From a bacterium (lineage in GTDB: Bacteria; Electryoneota; JAOADG01), in NCBI GenBank assembly GCA_030247525.1, contig JAOTSC010000003.1:1-58811 (forward strand): DNA of 58,811 bases. Direction: 5' to 3'. The translations under genes and the position numbers were made by a program. The notes below the pieces were generated by a model. It ran no database searches, was not told the origin of the DNA, and worked only from the letters and a program-made list of their open reading frames with translations. Below, piece after piece: positions 28,232 through 38,300 of this stretch. Within the stretch, counting starts at the first letter, position 1; each line of letters opens with the position of its first letter.

Positions 28232-30997
28232 CTACTTCACGAAAATCATGCGGCGGGTTGCAGTAAAACCGTTGCATTCGATTTGGTAGTGATAGACCCC
28301 CGATGCGAGTTTATGACCATCAAAAGCAAACGTGTGTAGTCCCGCCACCGCCTTGCGTTCGGAACGCTGTTCGACCATCCGCCCATTCATATCGTAGACT
28401 GCAAAATGAACGGTGCCCGGCTGTTTAATCGAATAGGAAATCGTTGTGGTCGCATTAAACGGATTGGGATAATTTTGCGCGAGCCACTCCTGCGGCACCG
28501 CTAAGGTTTCCTCTTCGGTTCCCGCACCAAACCAATTGAAAGACTGCTCCTCCGACCACTCTGACCATTTAAGATTGCGGTCGCGATAACGTACACGCCA
28601 CCAATAGGTTGTGTTCGGCGTTAAGAGCGAGTCCACCCGTGCCAATTGTGACAAATCGATCCCGGCATTGCGGTCGATTGGTTGATACTCCGGCGCTCCG
28701 GTATCGTTGTAAATATTCTCGTAGTGTCGTAGTGAATTCACTAGCGGCGTCGAATAATTTCCCATGATAGAAGTGAGTTGGAATTGCGAACACTGAATCG
28801 AGTCGCTGCCGGAAAATGCCGATGCCATTAGCGTAACCGCACCGCCAAAACCGCCACTCGGCGCAATCGCTTGCGGTGTTGCCGGTGGTGTTCCATTACG
28901 GGAAAAATGCCAACGGTCGACCACCACGTTATTCAACGGAACATTACTGTTACCTAAACTATAGGTCGTTGCCTGATACGAATTGTTGGCGAGATCGACA
29001 TCGACCAAGACATAATTGTAGTAATCGAGCGAACGCTGGATTTCCGGATAATCGGTTTGGTTGGTGTACATCCGCCACCGGTCGAGCGCGCCGCCCGCGC
29101 CGCCGCAGAGCAACGTCCGCAGGTTTCCCGCATCACGCAGTCCCCGTTCGTAATTATGCGAATGACCATTCGAGATCATCATCGCTTTCGGGGTGTTTTC
29201 CAGTAAGGGAATCACCGAATTCAATGTCCAATTCGTATTGCCATCGGGCCAAATTTCACTATGTCCGGGGTGATGAGTCGAAACAAAAATCATATCGATG
29301 GAGGTATCGGCTTGCGCCGTCGCCAAGCGATTGGTGAGCCACGTGAGTTGCGTATTCCCTTGCGTATTGCTATTGAGCGCAATAAACAATACTCGTCCTA
29401 ATTGGAACGAATAGTACCGCTCCCCCTCGTAGCCGGCGAATGGATCATACTCCATATAGTTGTAGTAAGCCGGGGACTCGGTTTCATGATTTCCGATTGA
29501 CACCATGAACGGAATCGATTGATTGAGTTGCCTGAACGGAACAAAATACTCGGTCTGGAACGTCCCGTAACTCAAACCATTGCCGACAATGTCCCCGCTA
29601 TGCATCACGAGACTCACGCTATCGGCGTAGTTTGCCCCATATAACTGCAGTAGCGTCTCCCGCATCGCATTAGCGCCACGAGTACTCTGCGCGATGTTCG
29701 ATTGCGAATCGCTGGTGAGCATAAACCGGAGGTGACCATCGCGTGAACCGTTGGGTGGTGGTGTGCGAAACGTCGTAACAGCGGTGGTCGCGGTATCGGT
29801 ACGGCAGCGATAGTAGTAGGTCGTGTTTGGTGTTAATCCCGTTAGCCGGACATTATGCCAGAGCATACTGCCGATGGTTTGCGCGCTACCGGTTGCGCTT
29901 TGCCCTAATGCGGCAGTCGTGCCATACTCGACAATGGTGTTATTCGAGACACTTGAGTGCCAACCAATCGAAATCGCATTCGGAGTCGGCGTTTGCAAAT
30001 ACGGTGTCATGATGAGGGCGGGGTTAACAACGGTGTGTCCAAAACCGCCGATGGCAATCGCTTCGGTCGCATTGAGCGGGCGGTTGTAAAACATCACTTG
30101 TGCGACATCGATTGGGTTGTCTTCCTGATTCTCATCGGCAAAAAACAACACCTGATTTTGATTGGCATAGGGATAAATTGCAAACCGTCCATCGACCGTT
30201 TGCACGCCGCCATCTTGCAGGAGCTGTCCGTCTAAATAGTATTTATAACTCGTACCTAAATCGGCGGAGATAATTAGCCGATACCACTCATTTGGAGAAA
30301 TCGCATACGAGGAATAGCCGGTAGCCGCAACGCCGATGGTGCCGTTGGGGTTGACAAACGCTTCCCCGTCATTGGTGTTAGCATAATTCGTTTGGAAAAA
30401 AGTGTACCACTGTCCAACCGAAGGAACGCGAAAATCGATAACGATAGAATATTCGTTGACCCAAGTGCCGCCGCCATTTGCGGGAATGTCGTGGAAGCAA
30501 CGGTAGTAACTCCCGACCCCGATATTGACCGCGCCATTTCCTGTGGCAGGTCCAGCGATGGCTTGATTGGTTCCGACTAAAGTAAAGTCGCGTCCCGTCA
30601 TCGCTTGCGTCAAATTCGCCGTATTGTCGAAGTTCCACCAACCGACGGGATTGAGCGGTGCGGTGAGCGGAGCCAATGTGAAACTCACCGTGTTTGTTCC
30701 AGTGACTAAAGTAACCGACTGTCGGTAATTCACGTATCCGATTTTTCGGATGAGGCAGGAATAGGTGCCGCCTCCAAGATTGGGAAAACTGTAGGAACCG
30801 TTGGTATCGGTTTGCGCGGAATCAGTCGCGCTAAAATAAACCCAAGCGCCGGACACCGTATTGCTGGTAAGGGAGTCGGTAACGAGTCCGGTTACGCTGG
30901 CGGCGACGGGTTGCGCCAATGCAATGAGAACGAAAAGCAATACAACGGAAACGATTCGTGTGACTGAGAGACGATAGAACGATAACAACTGCGGCAT
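28232..30997 (-). CDS. T9SS-sorted calcineurin-like metallophosphoesterase (purple acid phosphatase-type) with CarboxypepD_reg and LamG-like N-terminal domains
   Basis: Metallophosphatase motifs HSGDIVGNG, SIGNHE, STHHPGH and NGHSHNYER. FN3-like TPNTTYYYRCRTD. C-terminal NYPNPFNATTTISYSIKQPGTVHFAVYDMNGRMV sorting domain. Confidence 0.8.
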   Translation of the reverse strand: MPQLLSFYRLSVTRIVSVVLLFVLIALAQPVAASVTGLVTDSLTSNTVSGAWVYFSATDSAQTDTNGSYSFPNLGGGTYSCLIRKIGYVNYRQSVTLVTGTNTVSFTLAPLTAPLNPVGWWNFDNTANLTQAMTGRDFTLVGTNQAIAGPATGNGAVNIGVGSYYRCFHDIPANGGGTWVNEYSIVIDFRVPSVGQWYTFFQTNYANTNDGEAFVNPNGTIGVAATGYSSYAISPNEWYRLIISADLGTSYKYYLDGQLLQDGGVQTVDGRFAIYPYANQNQVLFFADENQEDNPIDVAQVMFYNRPLNATEAIAIGGFGHTVVNPALIMTPYLQTPTPNAISIGWHSSVSNNTIVEYGTTAALGQSATGSAQTIGSMLWHNVRLTGLTPNTTYYYRCRTDTATTAVTTFRTPPPNGSRDGHLRFMLTSDSQSNIAQSTRGANAMRETLLQLYGANYADSVSLVMHSGDIVGNGLSYGTFQTEYFVPFRQLNQSIPFMVSIGNHETESPAYYNYMEYDPFAGYEGERYYSFQLGRVLFIALNSNTQGNTQLTWLTNRLATAQADTSIDMIFVSTHHPGHSEIWPDGNTNWTLNSVIPLLENTPKAMMISNGHSHNYERGLRDAGNLRTLLCGGAGGALDRWRMYTNQTDYPEIQRSLDYYNYVLVDVDLANNSYQATTYSLGNSNVPLNNVVVDRWHFSRNGTPPATPQAIAPSGGFGGAVTLMASAFSGSDSIQCSQFQLTSIMGNYSTPLVNSLRHYENIYNDTGAPEYQPIDRNAGIDLSQLARVDSLLTPNTTYWWRVRYRDRNLKWSEWSEEQSFNWFGAGTEEETLAVPQEWLAQNYPNPFNATTTISYSIKQPGTVHFAVYDMNGRMVEQRSERKAVAGLHTFAFDGHKLASGVYHYQIECNGFTATRRMIFVK

Positions 30998-31115
30998 CTT
31001 GACCTCGCTGGTTTGGTGGTAGACGAGGGTAAAATACGAAATCGATGGGGAATTGACCAGAAGATTTATCGGAGTGAGAAAATTATTCGACCAACTCGGG
31101 TAATTCTAACCCACA

Positions 31116-31186
31116 CCGTAGGTCAGACACTCCTGTCTGTCCACCCATCCCTCTATACACTCGACAGACAAGAGTGTCTGTCGTAC
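31116..31186. repeat. Inverted pair of GACAGACA-family REP hairpins
   Basis: ccgtaggtcagacactcctgtctgtccac (31116-31143) and cgacagacaagagtgtctgtcgtac (31162-31186). Confidence 0.9.
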
Positions 31187-31204
31187 ATGAACTACGTACG
31201 TAAA

Positions 31205-31972
31205 CTACTTATGCGTCGTGGATTGCTCCATCGCGTCGGTGACGTCGCTCAAGAGGGTAAGCCGGCCGCCATAGGTGCGGCGAAGATTCGCTTCGGTAAA
31301 AGTCTCTTCGACTGGCCCGTTGGCAAGCAACCGGAGATTGATCAATAAGACCCAATCGAAATATTCTTTTACGGTGTGGAGGTCGTGGTGGACGACAATC
31401 ACCGTTTTCCCCTGATTCCGCAATTCTTGTAACAGTGTGACAATTGAGCGTTCGGTGGCGGCGTCGACGGCGGCAAACGGTTCGTCCATAAAATATAAAT
31501 CGGCTTCCTGTGCGAGCGCGCGGGCAAGAAAAACCCGTTGTTGCTGTCCACCGGAAAGTTGTCCGATTTGACGGTCTTTGAATTCCGTGAGTCCCACTTT
31601 TTCGAGGGAAGCGAGCGCCAACTCCTTCTCAACTTTTCCCGGTCGTTTGAACCAACCGAGCTTTCCGTAGGTACCCATTGTGACGACATCGAGCGCAGTA
31701 GCGGGAAAATCCCAATCGACCGATTCGCGTTGCGGGACATAGCCGATCCGTTTCCGGACAGTCGGGTATGGTTGCCCGAAGAACTTCACCCACCCACTGG
31801 CGAGCGGCAGTAACCCTAGCGCGGCGCGAATGAGCGTCGTCTTTCCGGCGCCGTTCGGTCCGACAATCGCGGCGAGTTTCCCATCGGGAATCGTGAGATC
31901 GATATCCCACAGCACCCGCTTGCGGTGATACATCACCGACATATCATGGATTTCGAGGGGTGGTGTTTCCAC
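31205..31972 (-). CDS. Metal (Zn/Mn-type) ABC transporter ATP-binding protein
   Basis: Walker [10 protein letters not shown], signature LSGGQQQR, Walker [13 protein letters not shown]. Length and organisation are typical of ZnuC/MntB-type ATPases. Confidence 0.85.
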   Translation of the reverse strand: METPPLEIHDMSVMYHRKRVLWDIDLTIPDGKLAAIVGPNGAGKTTLIRAALGLLPLASGWVKFFGQPYPTVRKRIGYVPQRESVDWDFPATALDVVTMGTYGKLGWFKRPGKVEKELALASLEKVGLTEFKDRQIGQLSGGQQQRVFLARALAQEADLYFMDEPFAAVDAATERSIVTLLQELRNQGKTVIVVHHDLHTVKEYFDWVLLINLRLLANGPVEETFTEANLRRTYGGRLTLLSDVTDAMEQSTTHK

Positions 31973-32054
31973 TTACGTTATCTCCAGCTTATCCGGTACG
32001 TTGGACTTTACCTTCGGTGAGCCGCAAAGCGAATTACTGTCAAGCGGGCTTACA

Positions 32055-32561
32055 CTACACCGTACGTTGGACATTCCTGTCCAACGGGCCAGACGAGTAA
32101 ATGTAGTACTTATACTCCTCACCCTCTTTCACCAACCCGGCACGAATCGGATTCCACCAAATGTACTCAATTGTTTTGCCGTACTCGTCATCATTTCGAA
32201 TGATTCTGTCCATATACTCTTGTAACCAGACACTACCATTTCGATTTCTACCGGCATTAATCATGCGAGAACTAGAGCCTTTAATGCCCTTCATAATTTG
32301 AGCCAAAGAATACCATTTTCCGTTAATGTCTTATAGTGGCATAAGCACCAAATGCACATGATTATACATGACCACACCAAAGTACAATTGGAAGTACTTC
32401 GCTGCTCCGGTTAGAATAACTGTTCGTATTAGCTCGCGCTCCGAGCATGAAAACTCTTTCAATACTGATGTAAAAGTGACAAAGTAGAGACTTCCACCCA
32501 ATTCCCAATGTGGTAAGTGACCTCGGCGCTTGATTAGCTCATTCGGCGAGTATTCCTTCAC
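32055..32561 (-). pseudogene. REP-associated tyrosine transposase (RAYT, IS200/IS605-like Y1 HUH enzyme) interrupted by one in-frame TAA
   Basis: ORFs 32331..32561 and 32055..32306 are in the same frame, separated only by TAA (32331-32333). HUH motif in YNHVHLVLMP; catalytic-Tyr motif YIWWNPIRAGLV. The 3' end runs into a REP hairpin. Confidence 0.8.
32060..32088. repeat. REP hairpin (TTGGACA family) at the 3' flank of the RAYT gene
   Basis: ccgtacgttggacattcctgtccaacggg is the reverse complement, apart from one loop base, of the copies upstream of the RAYT gene. Confidence 0.9.
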
Positions 32562-32595
32562 CTGTTGTCCTAATGACTTGTCGTTTCACTTTATG

Positions 32596-32733
32596 CCCGT
32601 TGGACAAGAATGTCCAACGTACAGGAACAAACCTACAACTTAGTTTTAAGCCCGTTGGACAAGAATGTCCAACGTACGGGAACAAACCTACAACTTAGTT
32701 TTAAGCCCGTTGGACAGTTTAGTCCAACGTACG
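32596..32733. repeat. BIME-like tandem array: 2.5 copies of a 55-nt unit, each starting with a TTGGACA-family REP hairpin
   Basis: cccgttggacaagaatgtccaacgtac(a/g)gg starts at 32596 and 32651, and a variant at 32706. The spacer gaacaaacctacaacttagttttaag is identical between units. Confidence 0.9.
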
Positions 32734-32746
32734 GCACTAAAACGTA

Positions 32747-33673
32747 CTACTTCAAGGCATCGACGATAGTGTTGACGTTATGTCGCACCATCCCGAGGTA
32801 ATTCCCTTCGGGGGTGTTTTGTGCGCCCATGGCATCGCTGAAAAGCTCCCCGCCGATTTTTACCGGATGACCTTTCTCCTGTGCGCCGCGCTGTACTGCC
32901 TCCATTGATTTTCGTGGTACCGACGATTCGACGAATAGCGCCGGGATTTTTTCGGCGACCACTTGATCGACCATCCGGGTAACATCCTGGAGACCATATT
33001 CACTCACGGTCGAGATTCCTTGTAGTCCAATCACTTTGACGCCATACCGTTTACCGAAATAGGAGAAGGCGTCGTGAGACGTGACCAATATCCGGCGTTC
33101 GGGCGGCAGCTCGGCAATTCGCGCGACTATCCATTGGTGCAATGAGTCGATTTCTGCCGCTGCCAGTTTTGCATTCGTTTCATACTCTGTTTTGTTGGCT
33201 GAGTCAAGTTTGGTTAAGGTTCCAGCGATTATAGGTAGTGAAAGCTTCCAGATCACCGGATCGAACCAGATGTGGGGGTCGTGAACCCCATTACCCCGAT
33301 CGATGAGTTCACTAACGGGAACCGATTCCCCCAATGGTACCGATGGTTTTGCCTCTTGTAGACGCTTAAACACCTCAACCATTTTCCCTTCGAGGTGGAG
33401 TCCGCTATAGAAGACTGCGCGCGCGCTTCGGAGGCGGTTCAAGTCCCCTTCGGTTGGTTTATAGAGGTGGGGATCAACCCCAGGTCCCATTAATGCTTCG
33501 ACTTGGAAGTGATCCCCGGCAACCCGTTGCACGAGATCGGCGACCATTCCGGTCGTTGCCACCAGCTTTTTTGCATCGCCAGTTGTTGGTTTACCACATC
33601 CCAATAGCAAGCCAACGCCAAGCAGAAAGCCAAGAAGCCATCCGCGCCCCCATTTCTTCGCGAGTGTGCTCAT
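32747..33673 (-). CDS. Metal ABC transporter substrate-binding lipoprotein (ZnuA/TroA family)
   Basis: Lipobox LLLGC. Motifs GVDPHLYKPT, HDPHIWFDP and VTSHDAFSYFGKRYG. Start taken at the internal ATG giving MSTLAKKWG. Confidence 0.85.
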   Translation of the reverse strand: MSTLAKKWGRGWLLGFLLGVGLLLGCGKPTTGDAKKLVATTGMVADLVQRVAGDHFQVEALMGPGVDPHLYKPTEGDLNRLRSARAVFYSGLHLEGKMVEVFKRLQEAKPSVPLGESVPVSELIDRGNGVHDPHIWFDPVIWKLSLPIIAGTLTKLDSANKTEYETNAKLAAAEIDSLHQWIVARIAELPPERRILVTSHDAFSYFGKRYGVKVIGLQGISTVSEYGLQDVTRMVDQVVAEKIPALFVESSVPRKSMEAVQRGAQEKGHPVKIGGELFSDAMGAQNTPEGNYLGMVRHNVNTIVDALK

Positions 33674-33810
33674 CTCTCCTCGTTGCTTTTTGTGTGAAGT
33701 CGGGAATTTCCAATGCGAGGCATTGAAAAGCAATCTCTAACTTGTTTACATTCCATTCACAATAACATACGAACTTCTCTTGGTTGGTCTTGGAAAGGAA
33801 TAACTTTAGC

Positions 33811-34524
33811 ATGTCAGCACCTGAGCACGGCGGCAAAACGACCGTGTTTATCCTGCCCGGTCTATTAGGGACTGTTGCGAGCGACTGGGCGCCCCATTGG
33901 GAGCAGATTCGCAACGCCGGTTACGAACCGGTTGGCGTCGATTGGCCCGGACACGGAACCGATTCCTCCCATCTCGATCATTTTACGATCGCCGGACTCG
34001 TGGAGCACGTGTTAGCCAAGATGGATACAGTAGAGACGAACCCCTGTTTACTATGGGGTTACAGTTTAGGCGGCTACATCGGACTCGAAGTCGAGCGGCA
34101 ACAGCCCGGGCGGTTGAGTGGTCTCTGGATGCATGCGACAAAATTCTATTGGACGGACGATGAGATTGCTGCGTTTCGAGAGCAGTTCGATCCTGAGACG
34201 ATGCCAGCGAAATATCGGGAGACGTTGCAGAAAATTCACGGTGAGCGTTGGGAGGAGTTGTTGACAGCTAATATCGCACTCTTCGACGAAATTGTCGACA
34301 ATGGTTTGACTGACGACGATTTGGAGATAATCCGAATGCCGGTTTTGGTCACGACTGGCGATCAAGACGATTTGGTGAAAAGCGATGAAGTCGAACAACT
34401 TGCCGATATCTTGATGAATGGCGAACTATCGATCCTTTCCGGGGTGAGACATCCGTTGCATTCGAGTCGTTCTTCTCTAATTCTACCCGCCGGTATCGAA
34501 TTCAGCGACCGTGTCCTCGGCTGA
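33811..34524 (+). CDS. Alpha/beta-fold hydrolase
   Basis: Nucleophile elbow GYSLGG, the VFILPGLLG oxyanion region, and a C-terminal His (VRHPLH). Confidence 0.7.
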   Translation: MSAPEHGGKTTVFILPGLLGTVASDWAPHWEQIRNAGYEPVGVDWPGHGTDSSHLDHFTIAGLVEHVLAKMDTVETNPCLLWGYSLGGYIGLEVERQQPGRLSGLWMHATKFYWTDDEIAAFREQFDPETMPAKYRETLQKIHGERWEELLTANIALFDEIVDNGLTDDDLEIIRMPVLVTTGDQDDLVKSDEVEQLADILMNGELSILSGVRHPLHSSRSSLILPAGIEFSDRVLG

Positions 34525-35200
34525 CCTCTTTCCCGACGCCGTCGATCCCGACGAATTAGCGAAACGCGTGATACCGTTGCCGGGCGATGCTTTGCCCGGC
34601 ATCGACGAAGCAGCATCCCCCTTTCTGATCGCCCTTTGTCAACGTTATCATGTTGGTGTCGAATTAGGTTTCTACCACACCACCAATTTTAAAATTGGTC
34701 GTTCGATTTACCTTGATCGGAATCTCTCGCCGGAACGGCAAAACTTCTCCTTTTGTCATGAACTTGCTCATTTACTACTCGAACACGATAACGAAACCCA
34801 CCCTTCGCAGGAAGAGGAGTTTCTCGCCAATCAATTGGCAGCACGTTTGCTATTACCCGACGCAACTTTTGGACTTGACGCCAAGTCGTTGCCACTGGCG
34901 GCGCTAAAGGAAAAATATCCTTACGCATCGTGGGAGGCGATTCTCCGCCGCAAACTCCAATTTCGGCATGGCGTCGGAACGATAGTCGATGAAGGGAAAA
35001 TCACCTTTCGCGGCGCATCTCCGAGTATCGCGTTTCCCCACCATCCGTCACCGAACGAATGGGGTATCATCCGCGATGCCTTCAACGAAGCATGTTCACT
35101 CTTTCGAGAGCAGGATGGACTTACCATGACTGCCGATTATGTCGATACAGGGAGTGGTGTGCGGCGGGTGCTCCTCTGGACAGAGTGGGAGGAATTGTAG
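34511..35200 (+). CDS. ImmA/IrrE-family zinc metallopeptidase (COG2856-like)
   Basis: HEXXH in FCHELAHLLLEH with a downstream E (EEFLANQLAARLLLP). GTG start overlaps the hydrolase gene by 14 nt. Confidence 0.6.
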   Translation: MSSADLFPDAVDPDELAKRVIPLPGDALPGIDEAASPFLIALCQRYHVGVELGFYHTTNFKIGRSIYLDRNLSPERQNFSFCHELAHLLLEHDNETHPSQEEEFLANQLAARLLLPDATFGLDAKSLPLAALKEKYPYASWEAILRRKLQFRHGVGTIVDEGKITFRGASPSIAFPHHPSPNEWGIIRDAFNEACSLFREQDGLTMTADYVDTGSGVRRVLLWTEWEEL

Positions 35201-35366
35201 TCAAAGAACGATAAATACGAAAGCATAATATTATAAGCGGCTATAATAACAACCCTTTATTTGTGATTTCTGTCAATCGGATTTCTTGAAAACGATTACC
35301 CAACTCCTCTGAATCCTGTGCTCGGTTGTTTATATTAAAAACATACTTATCGGTAAGGAGCCGACC

Positions 35367-38300
35367 ATGCGTACCCGAATTGTTGCGCTGTTTTGTCTGT
35401 TGCTTCCCGCACTGCTCCATGCTATTCCCGATCATAGTTTTGCTAAAGACCGCATCTGGATAAAACTATCCGAAAGCTTTTCGCAAACGGCGAACCGCGC
35501 TGGTGATGGCACGTTTACTATACCTACCGGTTCGTTCGCTTTAGATGCGTTTATGGCGCGGGAAGGCATCGAGAAACTGGATCCACTCTTTCCGTTTAGT
35601 AAAGTCACCCAAAGCGATCCACTCTTCTACAAACATAATCTCCATCGCCACTATCGCATCCAATTCAAAAAAGTGTTTTCGTTATCTGAATTGGAGAGTT
35701 TAGCGAAACGCGCGGCGACGCTTTCGGAAATCGTCGAAGCGGCACCCATTCCCGTATATAAACCATGCTGGACTCCCAACGATTGGTCGATAAACGATAT
35801 GTGGGGACTTGCGGCGATGAATGTCGATGAGGCATGGGATCATGGTCGCACGACCGATAGCGATTTCATTGCTGTTACCCTCGATACCGGAGTGGATTAT
35901 GATCACGAAGACTTAACCGACAATGTGGTTGCCAATTCGGTAGAAGACTGGAACCGGAATGGAAGGTGGGATAGCTCGTGGTGGCTGCCTGACCATCAAG
36001 GCGGCGATAGGAATTTACTCGACGATGATAACAATGGATACATTGACGACGTCATGGGATGGGATTTTGTTAATGTCACGATGAGTTCCCAGTCACGGAT
36101 AAATGGCGAAGATTATGATGATTCCGATAACGAGCCGTACGATTTTCATGGACATGGTACGCACGTCGCTGGAACGCTTGCCGCGCGGACGAACAATTCA
36201 CGCGGTGTCCCCTCAGCTTCCCGTAACATCAAGATGATTCCTCTTCGCGTCGGTTGTGCGTATATCAATTCGAATAACGATACCACTTCCGGCCTCTACT
36301 CCGATTATGCTGCCTCAGCTATCCATTATGCCCATAATCGCGGAGCAAGAGTAATCAGCATGAGCTTTGGCGGTTACAACACGAATAACGCATTAGAAGA
36401 TGCAATTAATTGGGCGACCGATCATGGAGCATTGTGTTTCGCCGCAGCAGGTAACGATGACACATCAGCAGTGGTTTATCCAGCTCGTCATGCAAATAGC
36501 ATTTGTGTAGGAGCTTCAGATCGCAACTACACCAAGGCGGGCTTTTCCAGTTACGGTCCGGATGTCGATGTTTCCGCACCGGGTACCGGTATATGGTCGA
36601 CGATGGTGAATAATGCGCTTCACCCGACGAATTACATCTCATGGCAGGGTACGTCAATGGCGGCGCCCAACGCGGCGGCGGTCGCATCATGGTTGTGGAC
36701 GATTTACCCACAGAAATCCAATCAGGAGATTCGCTGGGCGTTAACACACGGGGTACGATTGTTTCCCGATTCGTTGCAAATGGGTTCGGGCGTCGTTACG
36801 ATGGATACGTCGTTCTACTTGTTGGCGAAACCACTGCGGGTATTCTGGAAGGAAGGAGATAAACTATACATCGGTGATACTGCCGGAATCCGCATTCGAA
36901 CATTAGAGTCGAATCCCAATCGCCAGTACCGGTTTGAAATCAAACGGGCGATGAACAATTGGCAATGGGAAACCCTGCAGCAAGCGGCAATCGGATCGCT
37001 CAGCGGCTTTTCGATAGCGTATCCAGTGACATACCCAACCGACGTGGTGATGTTCCGGATTTCCTTTGTTGACGATCCCGCTGTCGTCGATTCAACTTTT
37101 CCGCTGATTGAAGTGGCTCGACCGGCGCAGATTTTATCTAACTTCAATAGCGTTTATTGGATTGGAGATGGTCCAATAATCGGATCGGAATTACGGCGTC
37201 CTTACTCAGATGAATATCACTTCCAGTTAACTCATAATTATGGCGCAGCCAATACAATTTGGACGGACATCCATCGCGATTATAATCACGAGTATTTTCG
37301 TTGGGACCCCACTTATCCGCTGACCGATAGTGGGCGTGTTCGTGTTATCATTCCTACTATTCCCGGGGTCGGAGATACCTGCAACCGGACGTTTATGATC
37401 CGTCCATACAATCATGTTTTTTGGCCAAATAGCGGTTCCTTCCGGTTTGGCGAAACCATCGATCTGACATGGGAATCGCCGCAAACCCATTTGGTGAGAA
37501 TTCAACTAAACCGTGCATTTCCTGATACGAACGGATGGGTAACCGTTGCCGATAGTTTGGTCGATACCGGACATTACGATTTTGTTGTAACACCGCTGCA
37601 CAGTACTACTGCCCGATTCCGGATTTTGAATCAGGACAACTTGACTTTGGGTGATACCACCGACAACAACTTAATTTTTTCCGACGACCGGGTATTATTA
37701 TCGCCGAATGGTGGTGAATTCTGGCGGATTGGCGCGTCACAAGAGATTCGCTGGGGTTCCTATCTACCGGTTGAGAATCAGTATGCTTCGATTTATCTCA
37801 ATCGAAATTATCCAACCGGAGCATGGGAATCGATTGCCCACGTTCAAAACTCCGGTAGTACCAATTGGACAGTTACGGGACCCGCAACCACCAATGCCCG
37901 CATCAAAATCATGAATGCGGCAACGATGCGGGGCGATACTTCCGATGCGTCGTTTGTTATTCGCAATAGCAGTTTCCAATTGACCGACCCGCAAAACGGA
38001 GCTGCGTGGTATATCGGCGGTTGGGGCGGCGTTCGATGGACAACTTTAAGCGCCAGCGAAGGTGCGGTGCGGATTCAACTGAATCGCAACTATCCTTCGC
38101 AATTTTGGGAAACGATTATCGATAGCACTGCCGACGATGGTTACGATTCCTGGTCGGTAAGTGGTACCACCGGCAGCAATATGCGGGTGCGAATTCGTAG
38201 TCGCAGCGATACATTGAATTGCGACACCCTTCCCCACAATTTTTCCATTCTACAAGGCTGGCCAATGGTCTATCCCAACGGATTTGAAACATGGTATGTC

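Noticed and set aside
31013-31348. ORF 31013..31348 (+) considered as the missing permease of the metal ABC system
   Set aside because: It lies on the wrong strand, has no hydrophobic helices, overlaps the ATPase gene and REP hairpins, and is only 111 aa.
32596-32733. Regularly spaced palindromic repeats (55-nt period) that could be a small CRISPR array
   Set aside because: The sequences between the palindromes are identical from unit to unit, so this is tandem duplication rather than unique spacers. There are only 2.5 units, no cas genes are nearby, and the palindrome is the REP that flanks the adjacent RAYT gene.
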